Below are positions 40,660-48,785 of a stretch of 64,000 nucleotides of DNA, one piece after another. The position numbers were made by a program, and so were the translations under genes. Under the pieces are notes generated by a model, which saw nothing but the letters and a program-made list of their open reading frames with translations, did no database searches and was not told where the DNA came from. Position 1 is the stretch's first letter; every line of letters begins with the position of its first letter. Source of the DNA: Escherichia phage Lw1; the sequence record KC801932. One strand, written 5' to 3'.

Positions 40660-40980
40660 TAGGTAAAAAGTTGCCATAGGCAAGACAAATCAAACTATAG
40701 GACAAACTTACGGATAGCCTAACGCCGAGGTGAGAACGTTAACTTTTGTCCGAGGCGGGTTTGAGTTCGAAACGCAAGGATCGGACGCTCTAAATACTGG
40801 TGTACCCCTTGTGGGGCTTGGGCTTGCCGTGTGGCGTACCCTTTTGCGCCGTCCGATAGAGTTTACTTTCGGCGGGGTGATTGGTAAGATACCTTCGAGT
40901 AAAGGCCAGTTAATTGTAATTCAGAATAGTACAGCACTGAAATAAAATAAATGTATGTGTCGGAACAAACGGTTTCCGAA
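40660..40980. other. GC-rich non-coding region with multiple short inverted repeats; candidate structured RNA
   Basis: No convincing ORF (71-aa ORF 40730..40945 has atypical composition); local GC-rich segments such as ccccttgtggggcttgggcttgccgtgtggcgtaccc unlike surrounding AT-rich phage DNA. Confidence 0.3.
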
Positions 40981-40985
40981 ATTAA

Positions 40986-41017
40986 AAAGCCCCTTCCTTT
41001 CGGTTGGGGCTTTCTTT
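40986..41017. terminator. rho-independent terminator between convergent genes (same sequence as 5722..5749)
   Basis: aaagccccttcctttcggttggggcttt + T-rich tract. Confidence 0.7.
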
Positions 41018-41248
41018 TTAAAACTTCTCTTCTTCTCCGGTTTCGAGTTCGGCTTTCAGTTCTTCTCGCCGTCCCTTGATCGCGTCACGCATTGAAATAT
41101 CATCGGATGCTGCGACCTCGACTTCTTTCACGCGTGTGTTGTAATACTTTTCAAGTTCTTTCAAACCGTCCAGTGTCCGGCACGAAGCAACCTTATTCAT
41201 GAAATCATCAATCGCGGCTTCGTTTACAAATTTGGTAAAACTTTTCAT
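41018..41248 (-). CDS. uvsW.1: UvsW.1 small helicase-associated protein
   Basis: 76 aa directly downstream of uvsW on the same strand. Confidence 0.75.
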   Translation of the reverse strand: MKSFTKFVNEAAIDDFMNKVASCRTLDGLKELEKYYNTRVKEVEVAASDDISMRDAIKGRREELKAELETGEEEKF

Positions 41249-41257
41249 TGTAACCTC

Positions 41258-42757
41258 TTAAATGTCTACTTGTTTGATCACGTAGTCGAATCGTTCTTCG
41301 TTGTAGATCCGCACACGTTCGATCGCATGTTTCATGCCGTAGTTCGTCGCACTGTATTTATTTTTAGCTGTTTTTGACTTCGACAGCGTAGCCAGGTTAT
41401 CGACGATATCCCATACAGTTGCAAGCAGTTTCGAACCATGCTTACGAAGAACACGTCCGATTGACTGTTTCACAACAACAGCGGATTTGCAAGGATGTGC
41501 AAAAATGATGTGATGCAGGTTCTTGATTGAAATACCTGTACTCAGTACCCCGATCGAACCGATGACGATTAAACCTTTCGTCGATTCTGCAATCTTCTTC
41601 ATTTCGTTACGATCGTCAATCCCTGTATCACCGTTAATCAGTACAACGTTATCGTAAACCTTGCTCAACTGCTCGTATAGCCATTTTCCGTGTTCTTTGT
41701 ACCGGAACATCACGAATGTGTTTTCGTTCTTCTCACGGGACAGTTTAAGGGCTAATTTAAGAATCCATGAGTTGCGCCTTGTATGGCTCGTAACGTATTT
41801 GATTTCGGTCTGGTAGTCCGCACCTTTTAACTTCTTAACCTCTTCTTCTTTGTATCGAAGAAAGATTGTGTTAATTTTCAGGTTGGTGACTTGTCCATCA
41901 TCCATCAGACGACGCGTATCAACTGGTTTAAAGACTTTACCGAACGCACCGATGTATTGCATCATGTTTGTTTTCCCTTCTTTCAGGGAACCGGATAAGC
42001 CCAGTTTGAAGATACATTGATCCATCGTGTCGATAATCTTTTTGATGCTCATACCTGTTGAGAGGTGGCATTCATCAACCATCAAGCACATGAACTGTTG
42101 GAACCATTCGGCAGGCATTTTAACCGCTGATTGCCAGGTTGAAACGTAAATCAACGCGTTACTGTTTTTTGCTGTGCCGGAACGGATACCAAGCATTGCC
42201 GATTTCGGGAACAGTCGATAGTTTGCGATGTCTTCGATCATTTGGTCAACAAGTGCGGTAGTCGGAACGATAATCAACACCTTTCCGCTGTAATGTTCCA
42301 GACACCAACGAGAGATAAGCCCCTGAATCAGAGATTTACCTGCTGATGTTGGCAGGTTCAGGACACCGCGACGGTTTTTGATACCGTGGAATACCGATTC
42401 TCTTTGATACCAGTACGGATCTATTTGTTTGTCACCGTCATAAACTGGATGGTCTTGAATCCACTTGTCAAAACTTTCCTGCGTGATATCCTCAGTTTCA
42501 TGGATTTTTGGATCAACCCAGATTGAATACCCGCGAGACTCTGCAAATTTTGATACCAGATAGGCTAACCCATACGGAAGTTTACCGTTGTAGTCCATCA
42601 GGTAGATATACCCGTTCCATCCACCATATTTGTATTTGGCTTGATACTGATAGCCTGGGGGCTGGAATGAAAAATAGTCACGCAGTTCATAGACTATGTT
42701 AGCGTCTGCCTGAATCTGTACGTGGCTTGTGTTTAAATATTTGACTTCAATATCCAC
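41258..42757 (-). CDS. uvsW: UvsW RNA-DNA and DNA-DNA helicase
   Basis: 499 aa; LNLPTSAGKS (Walker A), MVDECH (DExH box), IGRVLRKHGSK, ATVWD motifs as in T4 UvsW. Confidence 0.95.
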   Translation of the reverse strand: MDIEVKYLNTSHVQIQADANIVYELRDYFSFQPPGYQYQAKYKYGGWNGYIYLMDYNGKLPYGLAYLVSKFAESRGYSIWVDPKIHETEDITQESFDKWIQDHPVYDGDKQIDPYWYQRESVFHGIKNRRGVLNLPTSAGKSLIQGLISRWCLEHYSGKVLIIVPTTALVDQMIEDIANYRLFPKSAMLGIRSGTAKNSNALIYVSTWQSAVKMPAEWFQQFMCLMVDECHLSTGMSIKKIIDTMDQCIFKLGLSGSLKEGKTNMMQYIGAFGKVFKPVDTRRLMDDGQVTNLKINTIFLRYKEEEVKKLKGADYQTEIKYVTSHTRRNSWILKLALKLSREKNENTFVMFRYKEHGKWLYEQLSKVYDNVVLINGDTGIDDRNEMKKIAESTKGLIVIGSIGVLSTGISIKNLHHIIFAHPCKSAVVVKQSIGRVLRKHGSKLLATVWDIVDNLATLSKSKTAKNKYSATNYGMKHAIERVRIYNEERFDYVIKQVDI

Positions 42758-42829
42758 TATGATTACCCTATGTACATTGTATATAGGTATTTATGCAATA
42801 AATATTGGATAAACCCACTGGAGATACCA

Positions 42830-43483
42830 ATGAAAATTGATTACGAATTAGTAGAAGGGTTCCGTGCTCTGTCTACAAAAGAACAAAAAGGCGCACTGGC
42901 TGACTATGCGCAAAGCACCTTCGATGTAAAACTGAACAAACAGAAATCATTCGATAACATGCTGGCTGATCTGGAAGCTGCTGTACCAGCGGAAGAAGAT
43001 AAACCAGAACTGTTGATTGATTCGCCTGAACCGGAAATTCTGATTAAAGTTGGTGATATAACAGTCACTTCTGACGCAATGAAAGTTGAGATTGATTCGC
43101 CTGTTGATCTATCTGGTGACTTCATGCAATACGTTAAAGACGTTGCTCCTTGTGTCGCTGATCAGATCACGCTAGTTACCGATGATGTAGAACCTCCTGT
43201 AAGCGATTCTAACGAGTCCAAACCCGATATGGCATGGTTGGATTGTTTTAGCCCTACAATCGTTCTGATGGGGCGTAGCGCTCGTTCTAATGGGTATTAC
43301 ACATGCCCCTGGTGGATCTACGATTGGATTAAGAAAAATCCAGATTGGCACAAAGATCCTGACCAGTGTCCGCACTACAGCGCACGGGATACTCTCAAAT
43401 CGCTGGTGTACTACATCAAGCGTGATGGACAAGTTACGGTGCGTGAAACCCGCAACAGTAGTTTCGACACCTTCAAATTTTAG
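42830..43483 (+). CDS. hypothetical protein (217 aa)
   Basis: ORF track trimmed to ATG 42830 with GGAG SD; shares a YxxPWWI(Y/F)D motif with ORF 44534..45037. Confidence 0.55.
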   Translation: MKIDYELVEGFRALSTKEQKGALADYAQSTFDVKLNKQKSFDNMLADLEAAVPAEEDKPELLIDSPEPEILIKVGDITVTSDAMKVEIDSPVDLSGDFMQYVKDVAPCVADQITLVTDDVEPPVSDSNESKPDMAWLDCFSPTIVLMGRSARSNGYYTCPWWIYDWIKKNPDWHKDPDQCPHYSARDTLKSLVYYIKRDGQVTVRETRNSSFDTFKF

Positions 43484-43583
43484 CACTTTTTGCTAATAAA
43501 ACTTGTTGACCGTTACCCTGCTTTCGCGTATATTTGTATTCGAAGGCGGGGGAAAGGCTCTCGCAGTGAAGAAGGAAAGCAAA

Positions 43584-43901
43584 ATGAAAAACGAAATGAT
43601 GAAAAACGCTTACTATCCAGTTCTGTTTGTTTGGGGTGATGGGAAAGTTAAGAAAGTCGTCAATTCAAAAGCTCCTTATTACACTGTTGGAGAAGCTCTC
43701 CGTCATGCTGCTGAGGCTAATTATCCGGTAGCTTTCGAACCTGGTTATGCTCGTTGGAACGGTTCTAAATGGGTTGCTGATAGTTGGGATAATTACGAAG
43801 AAGAAAGAATGGAATGTGATCCTGATTACGTTTCTCGTCAGATGGAAGCACATATGATTGCAGATCGCCGTCTTGATAACGAAGCTCGCGGTTTCTACTA
43901 A
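43584..43901 (+). CDS. hypothetical protein (105 aa)
   Basis: ATG 43584 with GAAGGAAA SD; followed by terminator. Confidence 0.5.
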   Translation: MKNEMMKNAYYPVLFVWGDGKVKKVVNSKAPYYTVGEALRHAAEANYPVAFEPGYARWNGSKWVADSWDNYEEERMECDPDYVSRQMEAHMIADRRLDNEARGFY

Positions 43902-43909
43902 AATTTGAA

Positions 43910-43931
43910 AGGGGCTACGGCCCCTTTTTTC
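43910..43931 (+). terminator. rho-independent terminator
   Basis: aggggc tacg gcccct + ttttttt. Confidence 0.75.
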
Positions 43932-43942
43932 ATAGGTGAATT

Positions 43943-44506
43943 ATGTTGAACCATGAATGTTTGAAAGATTTAAGTGACGGTAAAGAGATCGGGAACGTTA
44001 TATTTCTCGATATTGATGGAGTTCTAAATAATATGCGGTCTATGAAATTCGGTGAACATATGGACATCGAATGTGCGCGACACTTGCGCCGGATCGTGAA
44101 CCATGCAGATTGTGATATCGTTGTTTCTTCAACATGGCGTATAGGAAACACGACACACAACCTACGTGAAATTCTGTACCCCTGGGGGCTTTATCGCGTT
44201 ATCGGTCGAACTTGTAGTAATATGCAGGGTGCTTACCAACGTGGGGATGAAATCAAGGCATGGATCGACGCTTTCGGATGTAAGAATTATCTTATTCTGG
44301 ATGATGATCGCGACATGTTACAGGAACAGAATGAACACTTCATTCGAACCGATCCTTACATTGGGTTGACAGAAGAACAATCAACCTTTGCGATCCGTAA
44401 TATATTTGGAATAACGACCCCGTTTTGTCCTGAATGCAATGGCTACGGGCGCGTGAATGAATATGATAAATGCGGTAGCTGCAACGGTAAAATTTTACGT
44501 CTATAA
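43943..44506 (+). CDS. HAD-superfamily hydrolase with C-terminal zinc ribbon
   Basis: Motif I FLDIDGVL, motif ILDDD; C-terminal CPECNGYG...CGSCNGK. Confidence 0.6.
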   Translation: MLNHECLKDLSDGKEIGNVIFLDIDGVLNNMRSMKFGEHMDIECARHLRRIVNHADCDIVVSSTWRIGNTTHNLREILYPWGLYRVIGRTCSNMQGAYQRGDEIKAWIDAFGCKNYLILDDDRDMLQEQNEHFIRTDPYIGLTEEQSTFAIRNIFGITTPFCPECNGYGRVNEYDKCGSCNGKILRL

Positions 44507-44533
44507 ATATAGAAAAATTAAGAGGTTTCAACA

Positions 44534-45037
44534 ATGGCTACTGAAAAATGGACTACGGTTCACCCTATCCCGTGGCGTAATACCAGTTTTACCTATCTCC
44601 CGTGGTGGATCTTCGATATTATCGTTGCTGCTAATACGGCTGGTGATGACTGGCGAGGTTACGCCGAAGAAAAATATGCGAAAGAATTCGACACTCTGAA
44701 ACAGGCATACATCGATTATACCGATGTTGATTTCATCGAATCTCGCAACGGTTATCTGTATAAACTGAGTGATTTTACTCCTGCTGATCCTGTCGTAACA
44801 ATTACACCAAAAACCGCTCCTGCTGATTTCAAAGTAGGTGATGCTGACCTAGCTGCAACTGATCTGTTTACCATCGATCCTTCTGGTACAGCAATGACTC
44901 TGAGTGTTGACTCTTCCGGTCATGGTTCTATCGTTGGTGGTAAACTCCATGCGGTTAGTGAAGGTGATGTTGTCGTAACAGCAACCTCTGGATCTGTTAC
45001 TGCAACTCTGACGGTAAACGTTAAACCTGCACTATAA
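44534..45037 (+). CDS. hypothetical protein with C-terminal Ig-like (Big_2-type) region
   Basis: C-terminal beta-rich segment (VVTITPKTA...SVTATLTVNV); N-terminal YLPWWIFDII motif. Confidence 0.55.
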   Translation: MATEKWTTVHPIPWRNTSFTYLPWWIFDIIVAANTAGDDWRGYAEEKYAKEFDTLKQAYIDYTDVDFIESRNGYLYKLSDFTPADPVVTITPKTAPADFKVGDADLAATDLFTIDPSGTAMTLSVDSSGHGSIVGGKLHAVSEGDVVVTATSGSVTATLTVNVKPAL

Positions 45038-45054
45038 CAACTAAGAAGGTAAAA

Positions 45055-45555
45055 ATGCTGCTATTTGAATTCAATGATGTATTCGCAAAATTCAGCGATG
45101 CAATCGAAGCTAAATTTGGCAAACGTCCACAAAACATGACAGAAACAGAATATAACGATGCTGTTTCGTCCCTGGTTCGTACAGATTTCTATGAAAAGCT
45201 GGCGATCGAGGTTTTGGGCTGGGATATGATGAAATGGGGTATGACTTATCGCGATCGCGAAGTCGGTTTTATTCTCGTCAACGAAGTCAAAAGCCCGTCC
45301 TGGGTGAATAACCAGAAAATAGCATATATGGATAAAGTATGTGCGGAAATGGGGATTGTTCGACTGGACTTCTGGACTTGCCGTGATCTGAACGAACTGA
45401 AAGGTCACGCGTACCGTTGCCCGTTGATTTCTCGCAATGAGAAACACCGTCAAGCATGGGATAGCGCTGGGAAATATCGTAGCGTGTTCCTGAACGACGA
45501 CATTAACATCACTATTCAGGACGTGAATCGAGCGTTCACTGAATACCATCCATAA
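45055..45555 (+). CDS. NT5C/HAD-like protein with degenerate motif I
   Basis: Parallels the convergent neighbour 45588..46055 (shared TDFYE.L and LNDD/LIDD) but motif I reads FEFNDV instead of FDMDGV. Confidence 0.5.
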   Translation: MLLFEFNDVFAKFSDAIEAKFGKRPQNMTETEYNDAVSSLVRTDFYEKLAIEVLGWDMMKWGMTYRDREVGFILVNEVKSPSWVNNQKIAYMDKVCAEMGIVRLDFWTCRDLNELKGHAYRCPLISRNEKHRQAWDSAGKYRSVFLNDDINITIQDVNRAFTEYHP

Positions 45556-45560
45556 TAAAA

Positions 45561-45586
45561 AAGGGAACCGCAATGGTTCCCTTTCT
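45561..45586. terminator. hairpin terminator between convergent genes
   Basis: aagggaacc gcaat ggttccctt; T-run on minus strand side. Confidence 0.6.
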
Positions 45587-45587
45587 T

Positions 45588-46055
45588 CTAGGCTATTTTT
45601 CTTATTTCTTTCAAGGCTTCTTCTTTGCTTCCAACGAAGAGGATCGCTTTACCTCCGGCTTTTCTGAATGGCAACACGGCTTTTGCTCTGTCGTCTATCA
45701 GTATGCCCTGGCTCGCGTAGGCTGCTTTGTCTTTGCTGCTTTTGGTGTAGTGGAATTCAGGTAAGTATCCCAATTCTCTCAACAGCGCTTTTTTCTTCTG
45801 TTCTGCTACTTCTTCTGAATCATACTTCCCAACACTGGTCAAGATCGCAACCTGTCCCAATGTTTTCAGGTGGTGGAACAATTCAAACCCTTCTTTTAAA
45901 GGTTTCAGGTTTTCGTAGAAGTCGGTTTTTGCGATTGCTTGTTTAGCCTTTTTCAGTTCTTCTTCTGGCATTCTCGCCGGATCACCATACATCGGTATGA
46001 AAGAACCTTCCCAATCAAACAGTACACCATCCATATCAAAGAAAAACTTATTCAT
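45588..46055 (-). CDS. HAD-superfamily 5'(3')-deoxyribonucleotidase-like hydrolase
   Basis: Motif I FFDMDGVLFDW, motif ILIDD; start at ATG 46055 (MNKFFF...) with GAGGAA SD. Confidence 0.6.
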   Translation of the reverse strand: MNKFFFDMDGVLFDWEGSFIPMYGDPARMPEEELKKAKQAIAKTDFYENLKPLKEGFELFHHLKTLGQVAILTSVGKYDSEEVAEQKKKALLRELGYLPEFHYTKSSKDKAAYASQGILIDDRAKAVLPFRKAGGKAILFVGSKEEALKEIRKIA

Positions 46056-46104
46056 ATCAATTCCTCGCCTTGTGTGTGCATAATATTCATATATGTTCTC
46101 ATTG

Positions 46105-46938
46105 TCAACCCCATGTATCGGTTTTAGGTGCGTATGCTGCAACTTTAGCCACTAATTCCTTATCAAGCTGATCAATGGATTTCTGCGGTTTGCCTTTTGC
46201 CTTAACTTTGATGTAATTAGACTTGACAACGAACATACCGCCTTTGTCGGATTTCTTAACTTCGCTATCAATACCAACTTTGTTAAAGCTGATCCAGATG
46301 TCACCATCCATGTACTGTTTCAGAGAATCGCCCATGTTAAGGATCTTAGCCATAGTAAGCGCGGCCCCTTCGTGGGTATCCATGAGGATCTCTTTTGGAA
46401 CAACACGGTCGCGTTTCAGGTTCTGCTGCATGGCAATATGAACATCGTTCATTACCCAAACGATATGGATGTTTTCTTTCTTGTACCCCAGCGCTTCAAC
46501 ATCACGGGCGATACTTGCCAGTTTGCTCATGCTTTTCAGGGTTACGTCAAAAATCAGGTTTGGTTTGCGATCTTCCGGTGCTGCTGCGATACCAGCATAA
46601 ACACGCGCCTGGTTTTTGTTTGATACGTTGAAAACGTCTGCGATCACATGGTGAAGTGTTGCAACGTTATCAGGGTTTTTCAGGTTCATTGTTTTAACGT
46701 CATGACCTGTTTTTGCTTTAATTTCTGCTGCTAGTTTGGTGCTACCCATTACCAGCTTTTTCAATGCGTCAACGTCCAGTGTGATCCCTTCGATGCCTAA
46801 CAGCTTTTCGAGAGTGAAGCCTTTACCGGAACCCGCACCGCCAGCCAGGATCACGACCTGACCGAATTTCTGATAAGCCTTACCGCCGAAGGTAATCAGC
46901 GCTTCATCAAGGCTCACAAAGTCTTTGAATGATTTCAT
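46105..46938 (-). CDS. protein with CTS-like N-terminus and glycine-rich nucleotide-binding loop (candidate packaged P-loop enzyme)
   Basis: N-terminus MKSFKDFVSLDEA resembles capsid targeting sequence; VVILAGGAGSGKGFT loop; GGAG SD. Confidence 0.6.
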   Translation of the reverse strand: MKSFKDFVSLDEALITFGGKAYQKFGQVVILAGGAGSGKGFTLEKLLGIEGITLDVDALKKLVMGSTKLAAEIKAKTGHDVKTMNLKNPDNVATLHHVIADVFNVSNKNQARVYAGIAAAPEDRKPNLIFDVTLKSMSKLASIARDVEALGYKKENIHIVWVMNDVHIAMQQNLKRDRVVPKEILMDTHEGAALTMAKILNMGDSLKQYMDGDIWISFNKVGIDSEVKKSDKGGMFVVKSNYIKVKAKGKPQKSIDQLDKELVAKVAAYAPKTDTWG

Positions 46939-46970
46939 TTTAGAACTCCAGGGTTATTTTAATATATTTA

Positions 46971-47000
46971 TTGACATCGTTTTGCTGATGGATTTATAGT
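46971..47000 (+). promoter_or_regulatory. sigma70-type promoter (TTGACA - 18 nt - TATAGT)
   Basis: In divergent intergenic region upstream of ORF 47051. Confidence 0.45.
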
Positions 47001-47050
47001 GAAGATGTTCGACGGATAGGCCGGAAGAACTTTAACCATAAGGTGACATT

Positions 47051-47944
47051 ATGAAACTTGAATTAAACCGCTTCATCAAAGCCGCTGCTGCTGGCGACCA
47101 GTCAAAATATACATCACGCCGCAACCACACATTGTCAAACGATTTCGCTGACCTGCTTGGGTTCAAGCGCTGGCATACTCCGGTTATGCGTCCCGACTGC
47201 GATCCTAAATGGGATTACTTTCGTTGGAGTATTCCCAAACATGCCATTGTGAAAAAGATCCGTGTGATGTCTTTCCGTTTTCTGTATCCTAACTGTATCA
47301 TCGAAATCGCAAAAGAACGAGATATCACCCTCCCTAATGGTTGGAAACTTGCTGACCTGATGGAAACACTGATCCAGATGCGTAGAGAATACAAAGCTGG
47401 ATACATCCGTTCCTTTGATAAGTTGGGTGATTACTCAGACAGCGATAATTACAAAGAATGGCAAATGATCGCAAAGTACCTGTTAAACAGCATATGGATT
47501 ATTATTTGCGGCAAAGGTTCTGCGATCAACCTGGGAGGTCATGAAATTATTGCCCGTGCTCGCGAAAAGGTTTGTGATGCGGTAAACAAAATCATTTCTT
47601 CAGGTGGCGTTGTTCTGCATGTAAACGTTGACGAAATCGTGTATTACGGCGAACAGGTGGAAGTTGATAATGTCCATCATGAAAAACACTGGAAAGCTAT
47701 TTTTACTGGTGGCGGTGCTGCATGGGGTGATAATATGATAACAAGTGGCCCCATTCCAACGATTAAATTTGACCTTGATGACTGGGAACCGCAAAACAAC
47801 GGTATTCGTTCGGTCGAGGAACAACGCGCAATGGCTGAACGTATGGCTGCAACGCGAATCAAACGTTTCACCAATGAAATCATAGAGTATATGAACCGCA
47901 CAAAAGAAGACGTGTTGAAAGATGTTGACTTGTCCGGTGAATAA
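47051..47944 (+). CDS. hypothetical protein (297 aa)
   Basis: ORF track; promoter upstream. Confidence 0.6.
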   Translation: MKLELNRFIKAAAAGDQSKYTSRRNHTLSNDFADLLGFKRWHTPVMRPDCDPKWDYFRWSIPKHAIVKKIRVMSFRFLYPNCIIEIAKERDITLPNGWKLADLMETLIQMRREYKAGYIRSFDKLGDYSDSDNYKEWQMIAKYLLNSIWIIICGKGSAINLGGHEIIARAREKVCDAVNKIISSGGVVLHVNVDEIVYYGEQVEVDNVHHEKHWKAIFTGGGAAWGDNMITSGPIPTIKFDLDDWEPQNNGIRSVEEQRAMAERMAATRIKRFTNEIIEYMNRTKEDVLKDVDLSGE

Positions 47945-47980
47945 CTGTAAGCTGTAATCACTGAAAACAAGGAGATAACC

Positions 47981-48298
47981 ATGAAAACGATTCACTGCCG
48001 CGAAGAACACGTTGTTTATTACCACGGATCTTGTACTGCTGCTGGGATTGAGAGCATGTTGTTGCCTCCTTGTGCTTCTGAAACTCTGTCTGAAAAAGGC
48101 AGAAAGAAAAATCTGGATCGTGTTTTCTTCACTGCTGACATCGGACTTGCTCGGATCTATGCTGGAAGGGCTGCACGTTCTATAGGTGGTGATCCGGTAC
48201 TGTATCGGGTTGTGTGTCCGGTTGATGCTGTATGTATGAACGACGACAAAGGCGCGAGCGTTTACCATGCTGCATGGGCTTTCTGTGAGGAAGTATGA
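47981..48298 (+). CDS. small Arr-like ADP-ribosyltransferase-fold candidate (105 aa)
   Basis: VYYHGS ... RVFFTADIGLARIYAG ... LYRVVCPVD resembles H-G-S/T, Y-F-S/T and hydrophobic beta-strand elements of rifampin ADP-ribosyltransferase (from memory, not searched). Confidence 0.45.
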   Translation: MKTIHCREEHVVYYHGSCTAAGIESMLLPPCASETLSEKGRKKNLDRVFFTADIGLARIYAGRAARSIGGDPVLYRVVCPVDAVCMNDDKGASVYHAAWAFCEEV

Positions 48299-48462
48299 AT
48301 GACCGTGTTTTAGCAGTTCTCGTTTTCCTTCTGGGTTATCGAGTTGAAGTAATGGGTGGTATCATGGCGATGGACGGTGACCTGACCGCAATTTGGGTTA
48401 CTGCTTTAGGTGTGATGTTCACGTTTCTTTCTTTTGCGATTGTTAACGAGGCAAACAAATGA
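48295..48462 (+). CDS. small membrane protein candidate (55 aa)
   Basis: ATGA overlaps with both neighbours; hydrophobic segments LAVLVFLLGY and IWVTALGVMFTFLSFAIV. Confidence 0.35.
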   Translation: MNDRVLAVLVFLLGYRVEVMGGIMAMDGDLTAIWVTALGVMFTFLSFAIVNEANK

Positions 48463-48785
48463 AACTATTTCATGTAGTGTATGGCGGTATACGTAATCTT
48501 GATGTACCATTGCTTGCTGCGGGAACAGTTGATACACTTGAAGGTAAGATCGGGAAGCGTTTTAAAACTACCGTATCCGAAATCAAAACGGTGTTTGTTG
48601 ACCATCCGTCAGATATGGAAAATTTAATCAATACTCTGGATGACTTGATGATTCCGTTTGCGGAAGAATTTCATTATCAATCAGGACTGTATTTGATTGT
48701 GACATTTGTTCTAAAAAATGTTGACAATCGAAATCCAGAAGTGTTAGATTTTGTAAGAAAAATCGATTCAATTAAAGGAAAGTGA
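48459..48785 (+). CDS. hypothetical protein (108 aa)
   Basis: ORF track, translational coupling. Confidence 0.5.
   Translation: MKLFHVVYGGIRNLDVPLLAAGTVDTLEGKIGKRFKTTVSEIKTVFVDHPSDMENLINTLDDLMIPFAEEFHYQSGLYLIVTFVLKNVDNRNPEVLDFVRKIDSIKGK

Noticed and set aside
40760-40790. Possible tRNA suggested by a GTTCGAA T-loop-like motif
   Set aside because: Could not assemble acceptor, D and anticodon stems around it by eye; no tRNA called without a tRNA-prediction tool
40730-40945. 71-aa ORF inside the GC-rich region downstream of uvsY
   Set aside because: Atypical composition for this genome and no RBS; region treated as candidate non-coding RNA instead
47600-48268. 222-aa minus-strand ORF spanning ORFs 47051..47944 and 47981..48298
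   Set aside because: Plus-strand ORFs have a promoter, SD sites and translational coupling; the antisense frame crosses an intergenic gap and has low-complexity composition
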